A DNA stretch of 64,000 nucleotides, from the NCBI GenBank assembly GCA_050575255.1, contig JBNZDD010013732.1:21028244-21092243 (forward strand), read 5' to 3'. Positions within the stretch are counted from its first letter, which is position 1; each line of letters starts with the position of its first letter. The notes beneath the pieces are model-generated. The model made no database searches. It had not been told where the DNA came from and saw nothing but the letters and a program-made list of their open reading frames with translations. This DNA comes from Harriotta raleighana. Its lineage: Eukaryota. Positions 24,552-38,012 of this stretch are shown piece by piece. Position numbers and translations under genes: made by a program.

Positions 24552-24613
24552 GTCGTCTTAGTCTTTGCTCTCAGCATTGGTGCACTTGTAATATACTTCA
24601 TAGATTCTTCAGA
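24552..24613 (+). CDS. KCNMA1: KCNMA1 (BK/Slo1) coding exon, S1 helix (equivalent to mammalian exon 3), 62 nt
   Basis: Polypyrimidine tract ttttttcttttttctcttcttag precedes it and a GTAAGT donor follows. Translates VVLVFALSIGALVIYFIDSS plus GA (phase 2), matching the Slo1 S1 sequence. Confidence 0.97.
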
Positions 24614-27600
24614 GTAAGTATCCCCAACGCATTTTAATTCTGAGAAAAGCAGGCAAAAATGTAAATGATTTTAGTTTATAATTAAAAACATTTTATACCT
24701 TTACAGTAATTTGAGAAATATTAATGTTTCAAGAGTCTTTATTAATGATGATTGGCATTTTAAGTAATTTACAAATGTTAAGTTGTTGCTGTTCTATTTT
24801 CAAATTAAATACTCAAATGTGGGATCATTTATTATGTGTTCTATATAGTTACACTCAACAATCAGTCATTGTCTCCTCTTTCTGGGGCACATTATGTGCT
24901 GGGCTATTGAAATTACAGTTAATATTGGCTAAAGTAAACAGGCATCTGTTTTTATTTCTGCATTTCTCAATAACAGGAATTGGAAGTACATATTCATAAC
25001 TCTGAGCTTCCTATGCTAACAAGTAAGGGACAATTCTATATAAACATGTGTACAAGACTGCCAGTTACTAAAGCTCACTTGTCTTTGCTGGAGTTTTGTC
25101 AATTGTAAGTTTGATCATCACGTGGGAGATATCCTTTTTGTGATAAGGCAGAGCAAGAGATGAGAGACTGCCACTACCAACTACATCAATTTGTACAGAC
25201 ACAGACAAGTCTTGCTCCGAACTGTCGTATCCTCCTAGACAGGATTATGTATGTCAATGAATGGATGAAAAATAGGATTCATCCCCACTTTGACAATAAA
25301 AATATCTATACAAGAGTGTAAACACATGACAGCACTTAGCAAATAATCTATGGTATATTAACAAATCTTGACTAACATATAAATGGCATCTGACTTCTCC
25401 ACTATTGCTGTAACAATCTTAAATTCGAAGCTATTTTAAACACACTGCAATTTAAAAGGTAAAAGCTAACAAACACACTGGTTGAAATAGTGCAAGCTGC
25501 TTAGAACAACCAGAGGGAACTTTGATCCTCTATTATCTCTTCTATTTTAATTCTATCTCATAGAAAAAAGCAACACATTATTTTATATACAAAGAAATCC
25601 TTGTGTGGCATAAATTTAAAAAAGAAAAATTTAAGTAACATTTTCAAAGTATTCCATGAATGAATTAAAATATAACTTTAGAATCACTTCCATTTTTGCA
25701 ATTATTTTTCATGAAAGCCACCCATCCAACGTCAAATTAACTAAACCATAGAAGATTAATTTTAGTCAGACCACATGTGATGGGAGCCCAGCGTTGTTTG
25801 GTCAACATTTGCACTGCATCTCAGATTAAATGTTTCAATACTTTAATGGAAGAGATTACAGAAAAGGGACATAATTGATTAGTTTTCTTCCAGGTGCTAC
25901 TATTTAAATCTGTAAAATGTTTGGGGTTTTATTATTGGAAAAAAATTAACGGAAGTGGTCTAAAGATGTTTCAACATGAATTATATCAATACACAGAGAG
26001 GTGAGGTGATCCTTGGTTCGGAGAATAGTGCATGTATGTTAATCAGTATGATTTTACCACTAAAATTAAAAAAAACCTTACTTCATTAGTTAAATGTGGC
26101 CTGCAGAAGTAAGGACAGCAATGATTTTATTTGTCTCATCTTCTGCTTTGCACAACTTCAATATTTTTAAAAAACAAAGTATTAAATTGTTTGGTGCTTA
26201 CCAGCTGGAAAGGTAGGGCATCAGTAACATTTTTGTTCTAACGAAGGCTGCAAGCTTAACATTTTATTAATGGAATCTGCCATCAAAATTACTTTATCTA
26301 ACACCAGCTCTTTCTCCCATTCATTTTCCCTTTTAAAAAAAATCAAATTGTTAGTTCATCAAGGTAAGATGTGCATGTCCTTGTTTTATTCTTTTCATTG
26401 TTTAGACAAATTTGCATTGCTGCAAAACGTAGACATGTCTGAGAAAGTAGCATTGAGTAGACTGCTAGATCTATTAGACTGGAGAAGCATGCGATCGCAC
26501 CCATTTACTTTGGGACGGTACTAGTGAATTAATTTTAGCACTGGCTTTTTATTTAGCTAGACTCTTTCCTTGCATAAATATACTAGCTGTAGAAACCTGC
26601 CTACCCAAGAATGCTTCTGTAAATAGTATTCTAGCAATGCATGCAATTAGAAATAGTAATTATTCATAATATTCATTTAAATAACATTTATTGGAAATTG
26701 TATCAAAGAATTTTAACACAAATTTCTTTTTCAGTTTTGTTCATATTTTTATGTCTGACAAAAACTGAAAATCATTACAATGGTTCTGTGTGAAATTATT
26801 GTACAGTGCAAAATGCTTGCAAAATCATATATTGCTTCTACCCGCTTTATTTGGGTGGTGAGGAATACCAACTAGTATCCTTACAGGTTGGTAAAGCAAA
26901 TATCCTTACAGGATTTATTTTCCACCCCCATTCATATGTTCCTTCACAGCTTCTCCAGATAACAAGTGATTAATTAACAGTGATGGTAAAGAAGATGGCA
27001 ATTCATTCTACCATTCTGTAGCTGTCAATGTTTCAGCTAGAGAGACGTAACAATTCATTAATGATTTTTTAAATAAGTGCGTTAACCATGATGATCCTTC
27101 ACACATTACTGAAGGGAAGTAATGGCTGCTACAGTGATCTTCCTATTGTATTTTTTTGCAGAAATTAACATTACATGCATTTTCTATTTGTGTTGTTGAT
27201 CATTTAAAATGGAATTGGTGGAACTCTCGTCTCTGAATCAGAAGGTTATAAGTTCAAGGCACATGTTGGGACATTGGTGGAGTTTTGCATTGTCATACTA
27301 TCCTAAAAATGATATGTTAAACTGAGGTCCATGTTCAACCACAACAACAACATTATATTTGTATAGTCCCTTTCATGTTGGGAGGATGCTCCGTCCCGTT
27401 CAGCTACATTTGAAAAGAAAAGGGCATTTCTCTTGGTGTTCTAGCTAATGATATCCCAGATAATATTTTTTTTTATTTCATGGCTGTTTGTGGACTGCAC
27501 AATAAGCTGCTACTTTTGTCTAAATGTAGTCTCTATACTTTACCATAAATCCTGTGAATTGAAAGAGAGAAGAAATTGAAGATCTCGAGCCTTGATATTT

Positions 27601-28487
27601 ACATCATCTACAAATGAAGAATAATCTAGCCAAGTGATCTGTGAGTGAATGCTTGAGTTAATGCAGCTAGTCTGCTTTACTGTGTAGATGCTTTTTATAG
27701 TGCGCTGCCAAAACTGAACTATGAGTCTTGGACTCCAAAAGAAAAGGTATTAATAATAACACTCCAAGGTGCATGATCATTTACTCCCAAATATGACTTT
27801 GTGAAGAGGTGCAGTAAAATGCATTTGTCAGAAGAGATAAAGTGAGTTCAGACTTGACATATTTGACTTCTTTACAGCTGCAGAATAATAATATATACTG
27901 CAGCTGCACTTAATTGTAAAGTCCTAATTTTCTGATATTATGATGTGAGATAACTAACTCAGCAAACTTCAGAATGCTCTAATGGAAATAGAGTAGGTGG
28001 GTATTCTTATAAAATTGTATTTAATTAAAACTGAATTTAAGATTTTTCCCAATTCTGTGCAATCTCACATTTTAGACAGAAGGGCCTTATGAGCTAAGAC
28101 CGCAGAATTCTGGGCCACAGAGGCATTTGCATATCACAAAGAAAATTGTGCATATAGGGGAATTGTTCAGATCAAACAACTGGGTTGTCCTTTGCTTTTG
28201 TCGGCTCATTAATATGCAGGCAAAGTGAATGCTGCTTTCATGTTCTGGAATCTTTGTGTGCCATAATAAATTTAATTATAAACATCATCTGTGGTGCTGA
28301 TGGGTTGATTTTGATGAGCATCATTGAAAGGCGAAACAAATTTATCTTCACTTTAAACCAGGAACAGTCTAGACAATTAAATGTTAACTTGTCAGAATGT
28401 GAATAGTCAGATGAAGTGGCGCATTTTTAAACCAGAAAAGTGTTCTAATAAAATAAGTTCATGTTTAGTAGAGGGTTACCAGTGGAA

Positions 28488-28760
28488 TTGGGATGGGGTG
28501 AAGTGGAGGGACTGTGGGATGGGGGCNACTTCCAGAAGTTGGGGGCAGAGTGGCTGAAGGCTCACCTGCCTATGGTGGGGCGGATGGGTTAGGGGATGTG
28601 GAGCAGGCTGGAGCTTGCTGAGAGGGCAGGCTGGTTCATTTTTTATTTTTTAAAATATATTTATAGGAGGTTAGGAGGTTAGGAGGTCACAGATGTGGGG
28701 TGAGGCTGTGGAGGGTTTTGAATGTAAATTTGTGGAGGCCCTGGAGGGCTTTGAATTCAA
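28488..28760 (-). mobile_element. L2 3' fragment
   Basis: Similar to 10080-10290. Confidence 0.75.
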
Positions 28761-29086
28761 CTTCAACCTGTGTTAACAGGCAAACATAATGGTCTCTGGA
28801 AGGTTATTTAATCCATTTAATAAATATCCTCAGCAATTATATTTAGATCAGTCACTTCCTCATTCATAAGGGAAAATGACAAATAATCGGACTGCATTTA
28901 CAAGTCACTAAGTTGGGTGATAGGAATGTATTGAATAAATGGTTGAGGCCTGCAGGTTCATCTCATTTCAGATACCCCTCAATATTGTAGCAAGAGAATG
29001 ACAGTGTATGTATTCTGGTAGGAAGAGATGAAATAGGCTGAAGGGCTTTTTCATCTAAGTCTCTCTTGCAGTCTTGTGAGACAAGC

Positions 29087-29249
29087 ATCCTGTAGCTCAG
29101 TGGTTAGAGGACTCCCCTTGCAAGTGGGTTTGATTTCCAGCAGGGCGAAACCATATGCCTGATAATAATCCCTCAAAAAAAAACAATAATAAATTGGTTA
29201 TTTCAATCCACAACTGTATGTGGGCCACTGCAAGGATTATTATTATTAT
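29087..29249 (+). mobile_element. Family A SINE with internal deletions
   Basis: Head cctgtagctcagtggttagag; body jumps from ccactgc to aaggattattatt. Confidence 0.85.
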
Positions 29250-30162
29250 AAACCATTCCATTTAGCAGCCATTTAGTATGTCGCGGTGAATAAAGGAATA
29301 TTCTGCAACTGAAGTAAATAGGCAGAATAGTTAATAATTCTCACAACTGGAATAAAAAAATTCCAACATAAATTTGCACCAGTATTTATAGGGATGAAGA
29401 ATTTAATAATGCAACAAGCTGGTTACTGACTTCACATCTCTGAGGTGTTCCTGTGTGGGATGTGATTATTGATTGCTTCATAAAATAGTACTTTATCAAG
29501 GTACCAAAGACAAAAGTATTGCCGACAGCTAATTATGCAAATGAAGAAACACTTCTATAATAAATGAAGTAAATCAAATAAATGTACAGCTCTAGAAATT
29601 AATTGTGTTGCACTGAAAAAAGTGAAATGGATGAGTATTTTAGTAAATGGTTTAAGTGTATCAGCAATCCCAATGCTAAATAATAATAATAACAACAAAT
29701 CCTTGCCTTTCATGTTGGGAGCACATCTCAAACTACTTCACAGTAATTACTTTCTCATGCAGTGACTGTGTATTTTGTAGGTGAACATGTTGGTTCATAT
29801 CAGTAAAATAAAATTGATTCTCACACACCTCCAGCACATTTGCAGGAGCCATTTAACAGGCTGCATCCACCATCTGTTATTGAAAATTTCAATCAGCATT
29901 CAAGAATTTTGTTAAGCTTTCTTTTTTGTTGGGTTGGAGATTGCAAATTGCTATTCCTCAGAAGTCAGGAATTTGACCTCATTTGTGTGCATCTGTTTTT
30001 CTCCTCCTGAGCCCTCCTTGCCTTGAAGATAATGACCCATGCTAGGTACAGTACTAAGGGGGCTGACTCACCGTATCGCAATTCACCCAAGGAGTCATTC
30101 ATTGTTTACAACTTCGGACAGAATATCAGTGAACTGTTTAACTGTGGGAGCAAGACAAGTGG

Positions 30163-30340
30163 GAAACATGGAAACCTACGGTGCAGAAGGAGACCGTTTG
30201 ACCCATCAATCCTGCTCAATCTGACTGCCTTTTTTCCAATACCCTTTCAAGCACTTCTCTTCCATACTCCCATCTACTTTCCTCTTGAAAGCTACAATGG
30301 AATCCCTCACCACCATCCTATTTGCAGGGAGTTCCAAATC
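30163..30340 (-). mobile_element. CR1 3' end fragment (older)
   Basis: gaaacatggaaacctacggtgcagaaggagaccg tail, then caccatcct...agggagttcca. Confidence 0.65.
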
Positions 30341-32988
30341 CCGCTAGTCTCCTTTCAATCTTTTTGTGGCTACTGTATAACTAAATCCCCTAGATACTGT
30401 CAGGCACCCAGGTCTATAATTTCAAATTCTTGCTAGTTTAATTACACAGTCATTGCACTAAGACTTCAGAGGTCAGAACTGTCACAGCTGGGAAAGCAGC
30501 CGAGTCTCTGACTCATCGTTTCAGAATGATAACGACTGTTTCTCCTCTCCGATGCATAAGCTAATGACTCAGATTCGCTCTGTCATCACTTAAGGAGGTG
30601 CCATTAAAATGATAGGGTTAGCCAGCTGGGATAGATGTTCTGTGTCATTCCATTATAGCACTCCTTTCAGAGTGCACAAACAGGTTATAAACTGTGATCC
30701 ATTTCATTTACTCAGCGTATTTTTTTTAAATGAGCAACTTTACTCCATTAAGGCACTGGCTGCATTTTTTAAATAAAAATAATAATCCTTGCATTTGATA
30801 TACAGAAGTGCTTTTCATGTCTTTTAGACGTCTCAAAGCACTTCACAGAATATACTGTAAAGTGAATTGACTGTATATTTTGTGGACGAAACATGCAATG
30901 CACTCCACAGAGGCTCAAAGAAACACAGACTTGTAACCATAACTCCCCATGGTGAGTTTCTGTTCAAATGGGGAGCAAGTATTTTTGTTATGTCAAGTTG
31001 GGAAAGATTGGGGGTGTGGTACTCTTGTACATCTTATTGCAGATAGTTTACAGTTCTCAGCAGGAGAAATGAGAAAGAAACAAAACTATTTCTGAGAACT
31101 ACTATATGTTGTAATTTTTCCATGCACAAAAGCAATTTGGAAGTCTTCCCATTGAAACCGAAATAAACTGAGAAGCATCTGTGAGTATGTTTTTCACATA
31201 GAGAATAGATTTTTCAAATCTATTTCTAAATTCAGATGTTCAAGATGTGTTTGATCCGAAAGATATAGTTTGGGCTTTCTTCAGAAATGTCTTCAATGTA
31301 GGAATCCTTAGAATGTGTTCCAGATTTGACGCTCTACTTTGTATCTCAGGTCTGTAGATCAGAGTTTGTGGCAGCTTTCAAACTCATACAATTACGTTAC
31401 AGGCTTCAAGTTGGTGAATCACATATTTCAGTCTTTACCTCCTGCTTCTCATCTTTTTTTAAAATCCTGGACATTGTTCAACAGCTTTCATCATTTAGCT
31501 CTTGCCAATGCAAAGTCCAATTTTAGGCTTATACCTCAATTTCTGACTTGTCAGCTTTACTATTGCAAAACTTGCAACTCCAAGTTTAGTGTTTCTGTTG
31601 TTTTATACCAGTTTATGTTTCAATAATCCATTTTAAGCATTTGAATGAAAATTAAACAATTATTAATTTGATGCTCAGTGAGATCTCCGAGCGTTGAGCA
31701 GCCTTGAGTTGAAGTAGCGAGCAGAATAAATGGATTAATGGTCAGAACTGGCATGCATGCACTCAGAATCTCAAAGTGCCCTTAGTTTCTTTGGTTCTTA
31801 TAATCTACAATCAAGCATTGTGAGAAAAAAAACACATAACATGAAGAAGTTGAAGGTCAGTACTGTATTTTGATGTTAACATGTGTAACAGATGAAAGTG
31901 CTGGACTCCTATTAATATTAATCTTGGAGGATTTTCATTTTTGTACTCTTAATCATTGTGAGAAATTACTGTTTTTTTGTAAAATCCCAGCATGCATGTA
32001 GCATCTCATTTACATAATGAACAGTCTTGTGTTTCACCAAGCTTGCAAGAGCCTTATAACAGCAACAAATCATTTCAATTCAGATGAACCTTGAATCAGA
32101 TTTGTTGATCAAATTGTTCAAGTTACATAATGCAAAAGGCAGGGTTTTAATATGGAAAATACTGAATAAAGACTATGCAAGATGTTTCTATTTATGTGCA
32201 ATAAATCCTGTCTGGGGGAAACTAGATTTATTGACATTTCTAACAGTTATCTTTCATTTTGTCAGTGTGTGTTTTACGGTTTTCGAATTTTGCATTTGTT
32301 CAATTTACAGCAGGGTTGAGGTTGCCTTTTCTTCCTCCCAGACGCTGAAATAGCACTGCTTTCTTTTACAGCTAGGATTGCATGATTTTAAATACAATTT
32401 GCTATTTTAAAAAGTACTATTTAGCCTTTTTGTATGTTCCTCTCTCAAATTACTGTTTATATACTGTATTATCTGGATAGTTAGATGTTTTAACAATTGG
32501 CAGGAATATGGCAGTATTGCATTGACTCCATCCTTTAAAAAAAATCTTTTGAAAGCATCTCTCATTGAGAATATTTCCCTTTGTCCATTCTGCTGCAAAT
32601 CAGTCCGGCTCAGTGCCGTTGACAAGTCTGTTTTTAGCTGTGCAAATCACTGTGATTGCTTTTTCCATTAAAGACAGATCTGAGAGGGGATTTATAGAGG
32701 ACAGTCTTTTCCAGAAAGTGCCAGGTTTCCTGACCTCGCTTCAAATACAAGTTCCTTCGGAGACAAATGGCTCCGAAGGTTGATTGTTCTCTAAATATAG
32801 CGGAGGAAATATTTAGGATATTTCCTAAATATCCTTAGGAATAAGGATATTCCTAAGAGGAAAAACAGGTTGATTGAATTGTCATAATGTACAGTTCTGA
32901 GCCAAAGAGTGTCACATAATTGCTGTTGGTGCCCATCACCAAGTAAACCAGCTGCATTCCATCTTATGGAATGTGAAATAAAGTAATA

Positions 32989-33371
32989 CAGTAAAACCTC
33001 GTTTATCCAGCACGCTGGGAGGGCGGGGTTCGACTAATTGACTGTGCCGGATAAATGGAGGACAAGTCGCCGAAAACCCAACATAAAAAATTCACTTATT
33101 TTAAAACATACCATGTTAATGATAGACTGCATAGTAACGGAATATTGTGTGGATACTTACCAATAAAGCATTCCAGCAAAGTTGGGGAAAAAATCGGAAA
33201 AACAGCATTTTTTTACCTATCGGTAAAAAACCCAAGTGTGTAAATTTATTAAGTGCGCATGCGCAAAGTAAGCAAACTCACGATTCTGCAATGTGGAATT
33301 GCCCCGGGAGGGGATCGAGCAATTGAATCGGGTTACGGTGGATTGGGTCACGGATGAACAAGATTTTACTG
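32989..33371. mobile_element. Related Tigger-like MITE (similar TIRs, diverged interior)
   Basis: TA|CAGTAAAACCTCGTTTATCC ... GGATGAACAAGATTTTACTG|TA. Confidence 0.8.
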
Positions 33372-34326
33372 TAGATTGATACCATTTTAGCCTCATCAAG
33401 ACATTTTGAAATATCAACTGAGGTTAGACCACAACCCCCCACCCCTCACACTATCACACTCAGGAACTCTTCCAATTTAATATTCAATAATTTTTTAACC
33501 GAAAGACCAAACAATAGAATGCTAAAAATGATACATCAAATGGTTGTGACATTGAATGGTTAAAAATATATGCAGTGTATGAATGGTCATGGGGACCCTT
33601 TGAAACTGGCTTACCACTACATTCAATGAGTTTTGACAGTTCTTAACATGATTTCTGTGAGATGTAGCTTACCATATAGTACAAAATACTACTGTACAAT
33701 GTTTCACCAAATAAAAAGTTGCTTTGAGTCAGCCAGGCTACAAGTGATCTTGGAGCAGTTCCAAGGCTGAAGAAAAATCCCTGCTAGTGAAAGAAGGGGA
33801 TGAATGATAACATGAGGAGACAGACTTCTCTTCGTTCAATTGCCTGCAGGAAACGTCTGGCTGCTTGATCCATAGGCGGTGGGTGACTGAAGCTAGAGGG
33901 AGCTCAGCCCCCTCCTTCCCATCAGTTTGGACTAATAAGATGTTGGGGCAAAAGAAGGGCATTGCTCCGCACGGTGTGCAATCGGAAGTAAAGTAAATGT
34001 AGCAGTCAATGAGTTGAGTCTTCAATGAAACACTGTCAGGATGTACGAGAAAAACACAGATCTGCTCAGCCCCCAACTAACACACAGAATATCGCTGCTT
34101 GTATACATTCATTATATGGTAATATCCTATTGTGCTGGACTTTATAGTTTGTTTTGGGGTTTTATCCAATGATATTACCATTAATCTTGGAGTGATGACT
34201 AGAGTGGCCATTTGGACCTTTCACAGTAACAGGCAATGTACTTCTACCTGTGCACTTTTAGTTTTATCAAGAAATCACCTTTACAAGATTTTTTAAAAAG
34301 TGCTGTTACAAAATGTACTAACAAAG

Positions 34327-34856
34327 ACAACAAAATTACAATAGTAGAGGGCCTTTCATGTTGGAAGGACTTCCCAAACCGCTGAAGTCAGAGGTCAGGA
34401 TCCAAGCATGGGGGTGTGGCAGGGTTGGGATGAGGGAGATCAGAGTGGTAGGAGGATAGCTGAAGGCATGGGCCTTGATGGAGGTAAGAGAGGAAGCAAT
34501 GCAAAGGGATTGTGGGATGGAGTTCCAAAGTGGGTGCAGAGAGGCTGAAAGACCGACTGCCAATGGTGGGGCATGCTGAACTGAGGGAGAAGACAGGTTG
34601 ATAGGGGTCAGCAGGTCAGAGAGGTATGAGGGGGCAAGACCATGCCTCAAAAGTGCAGACGGGGATCTTGAATTCTAACCTCTAAGGAATAGGGAGCCAG
34701 TGGAACTGGACACAGATGAGGGTGATGGGGTCAAGGAGCCTGGTGCAGGAGAGGATACTACCTGCAAAGTTTTGGATGACCTGCAGCTTGTGGAGGGAAG
34801 AGTTCGCCGACAAGGAGGGAGTTTTCTTATTCAACCCTTGAGATGACAAATACATG
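34327..34856 (-). mobile_element. L2 3' end
   Basis: Peptide HGLAPSYLSDLLTP...LWNSIP; caacaaaattaca tail. Confidence 0.88.
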
Positions 34857-37659
34857 TGAGAAATAACGTAGTATATTTTAAGAATGATTTGTGCACCTTA
34901 TTCTAATGATGCAAGTTTTGTTGAGAGGTGCTGGCACTGCGATTTGTTTCAACTAGCCGCAGTGGTGCTGGGGTACAATTAGATTATATCATGGATAGAT
35001 CTTTGCAACAGATTACATCCATCTTTGAAATCCTGGCGAGTACTGATGGATTTGGGAAGAGTAATCAATCAGAAATCAGATAAACTAATTACCTCACTCA
35101 GAGAGATTACTCTTCACATTCAAACGTTCATAACATATTAGTATAATGGGCAAAGCAGTCGGGAAGGGAAATATTATTCATAAAGGAAATTAATTTGTTC
35201 CTCTGTATCAGAAGATTATGATTTCAGGGTCGAGCCTGATATGCCAGTATGGTACAGTGCTGCTGAAGTACTACATTGTTGGACGTGCTGTTCTTTAGAT
35301 ATGAAGTTAATCCAAGGTCCAGTCTCCCTGTTTAGATTGATATTCAGAATTCCTTGCTGGTATTGAAAAGAAAAGCAATTGTCGCCTGATGTACTAGTTG
35401 TCCAGAGTAATTAGTTATTCACCTCATGATATTTTGCTGACATGAACGATGCTTGACATCATTTTTTTGTAATGAACTGCTATGTGTCTTTTATTTATTT
35501 ATGTAGATCTTTCCGCAAATGCGTAGAAGGAGTATCCTTGGTAGGGTTCACTATCTGTTTAAGGCCCAATTAGTTTTTAGTTCCATATTGGCAAAACTCT
35601 TCAGATGACCTCTGATTCTTTTAGTTATTATTCATTCAGAATTATTGATTTGGACTGCGATTAGGCAGTTTCTTAGATTTACTCTCTGTTCTCTCTGTTC
35701 TAAATCTTCATTTTGTATCTTACTCAAGGCAATGTGTTTCCACCAAATAAGCATCACCTTCAGTGCAGTGTTAACTGCAACTCTGATTTGACTATCTTTC
35801 ATAATGACTGAGATTGAGCAAGCATATACTAGATCTTATTCCCAGAAACAATGAGATTTCTACTTACTCAGGTGCCAAATGCTTGGATTTAACACACACA
35901 GAAAGACAAATACTGTTTGTTATCATTATTAATGTTTTAGCTGCATATCAATAGAATTTCCTAATTTCTAATATTTAAAGAAAAGTTTGCTATTGTTAAT
36001 TAATCCACTGTCTAGTTAATTTTCTGGATTGTTCATTCACAACAATATTTTCCATTTTCACATTGACATTTGTTTCCACAGCTGAAACATGCAAAGAAAA
36101 GGCCTCCAACTCATTACTGCATTTGTTTTCCGTTTTCATAGAATTGTTCCTGCTTTGTTTTTGTCACACACCATAAAATAATTATTTAAGGTTGCTGTTA
36201 TCTTCCTTCTGCACTGTGCTCCAGGACAGTTCATCCTTAAATCATAAAACAACCGAGCTGCAGCCAAATAATTTCACTGCAATGAATATGGCATCTCTTG
36301 TGTGGTTTTCAAAGCATCCGTGAAATTACAGTATTTTCTACTAAGTGAAAACTAACTGGGTAAAGCAAGAGCAATGATGAAAACAGATTATTAACTGAGA
36401 GGCACAAGTTATGTAAATCATAGCAATCAGTTAATCCTACAGTAATGGGTATTGCAATACATATTGTGTCACTGATCGCTTTTATCAAAGCTGTTTTTTG
36501 TTCAACAAAGTACAGCAAGTGTTGGAATAGTGAAATCTTCAGAGCAGGCTGAAGTCTGCACTGGTTTTATTTCTGGACTAATATCTTTACTCCATGAATT
36601 AAATATCTCTTGTCTATCTTGTTTGGTACCGTGACATTTAGGAAAGATTGAGTGGCTTTTTTGAAAGAAAATAATTCTTAGAAACACCCATACCCGTTAA
36701 TATTTGTAATGTTAATATATGTGCTGCACAAAATCATCAAAGGATGGATAGATAAATTGATTGCAACATTGCTGAACATATAGAATGACTGATCTCCAAA
36801 AGTAAAATTGTTCCAAAAGGTTGAATACCCTCCTAGACCCAGTTTAGGTGAAGTTACCATGTAGAAAAATATTTACAATCTTCTTATGCAACTTGGGTGA
36901 ACATCAAGAGTTTGCTTTACATCTCTTTTGTGAATGACTTACCTTCATAAAATTGTCAACAGAACCATGACATAATATTGTGAGCAACAAAGTGAGTAAG
37001 TAGACTATTGTAGTCCAAACATGGGAAATGTATCCTGGCTTTGCTACCTATGTCTAGTTGTGAAATGTAATTCATAAAATAGTTTACCTCCCAAATAAAG
37101 ATGGAGATTGTTCATGGTTATAAGAATTATTCTGACCGATTTTAAGACAATAGATAAGAATTTCTTAAAACATCTTGACATCAATGGTTGAATGTTTGGA
37201 CTAGCCAAATTAGTTTTGGGATTCAAACTGGACTGTAGACTACTTACATTGGTGTGTTGTTGCGAATCTGATTTAGCCATGACTTTCCAAAGGGGTGGGG
37301 GAGAGTTGGGGAGGACTTTTTGGAAGAAACATTCCGTAAACACATTACTAAAACTGAACTCTTGTTTCTCTTTAAATTTTATTTTTCATAGGATGGTCAT
37401 GCTAAGCATATCAGCCATACAATTAAACAGTGCCACTTGGTATGGCTGAGACAATTATTTAGCTCCACACAATTATTGTATGCTTACTATTTATTGTAAT
37501 AAATACCAACACAGCCAAATAAAAGGAAGCAGTCAAGGATCTGTTATATCATGATCAAGAGTCAGTATTCATTGGGTTCAAATTCTGTACAGTCAAAGTA
37601 GAGATGAGCAATGACGATGATCCCCAGTGTTAAAAGTATGACCTGTAAGCAAGTTAGCA

Positions 37660-38012
37660 ATTTGACAAGATGGGGATCTTCAGTCTTGGAAGGAAACATG
37701 CCAGAGGTGACTTTAGAGCGACATATAAGATTGGATTGAGAAACTAAACCCAGAGCAATACTTTATGGTGCAACAAATCCAGGGTTGCAAAGGGCAATTT
37801 AAGGACAGAATCAAGGAAATATTTTTTTATACCCAGAAGATAATTAACAACTGAAACAGATTACCATGAAGAATGGTTGAGGCCAGGACATTAGAACTTA
37901 GTAAGAAACCCCTTGATACTGCAATGGGAGCACAGTCAGGGAGCTTTCCTAGAAGGATGAGATTAAATGGGTCAAAGGATGTTTTTCATCCAACCCTCTT
38001 TCATGATCTTGT
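37660..38012 (+). mobile_element. Degenerate CR1 3' region
   Basis: gggatcttcagtcttgga, ggtgacttt, ttttatacccaga, ggttgaggc motifs typical of the CR1 ORF2 end. Confidence 0.6.

Noticed and set aside
28311-28337. ttgatgagc...gcgaaac hammerhead-like string (also ctgatgaagtgaaa at 17692)
   Set aside because: The first has only a 2-bp stem II and lacks core C3; the second has no stem II; neither has stems I/III.
35056-35115. 11-bp inverted repeat gaagagtaatc/gattactcttc; also an imperfect hairpin at 54320-54365
   Set aside because: Short and AT-rich with no TSD or second copy; compatible with chance.
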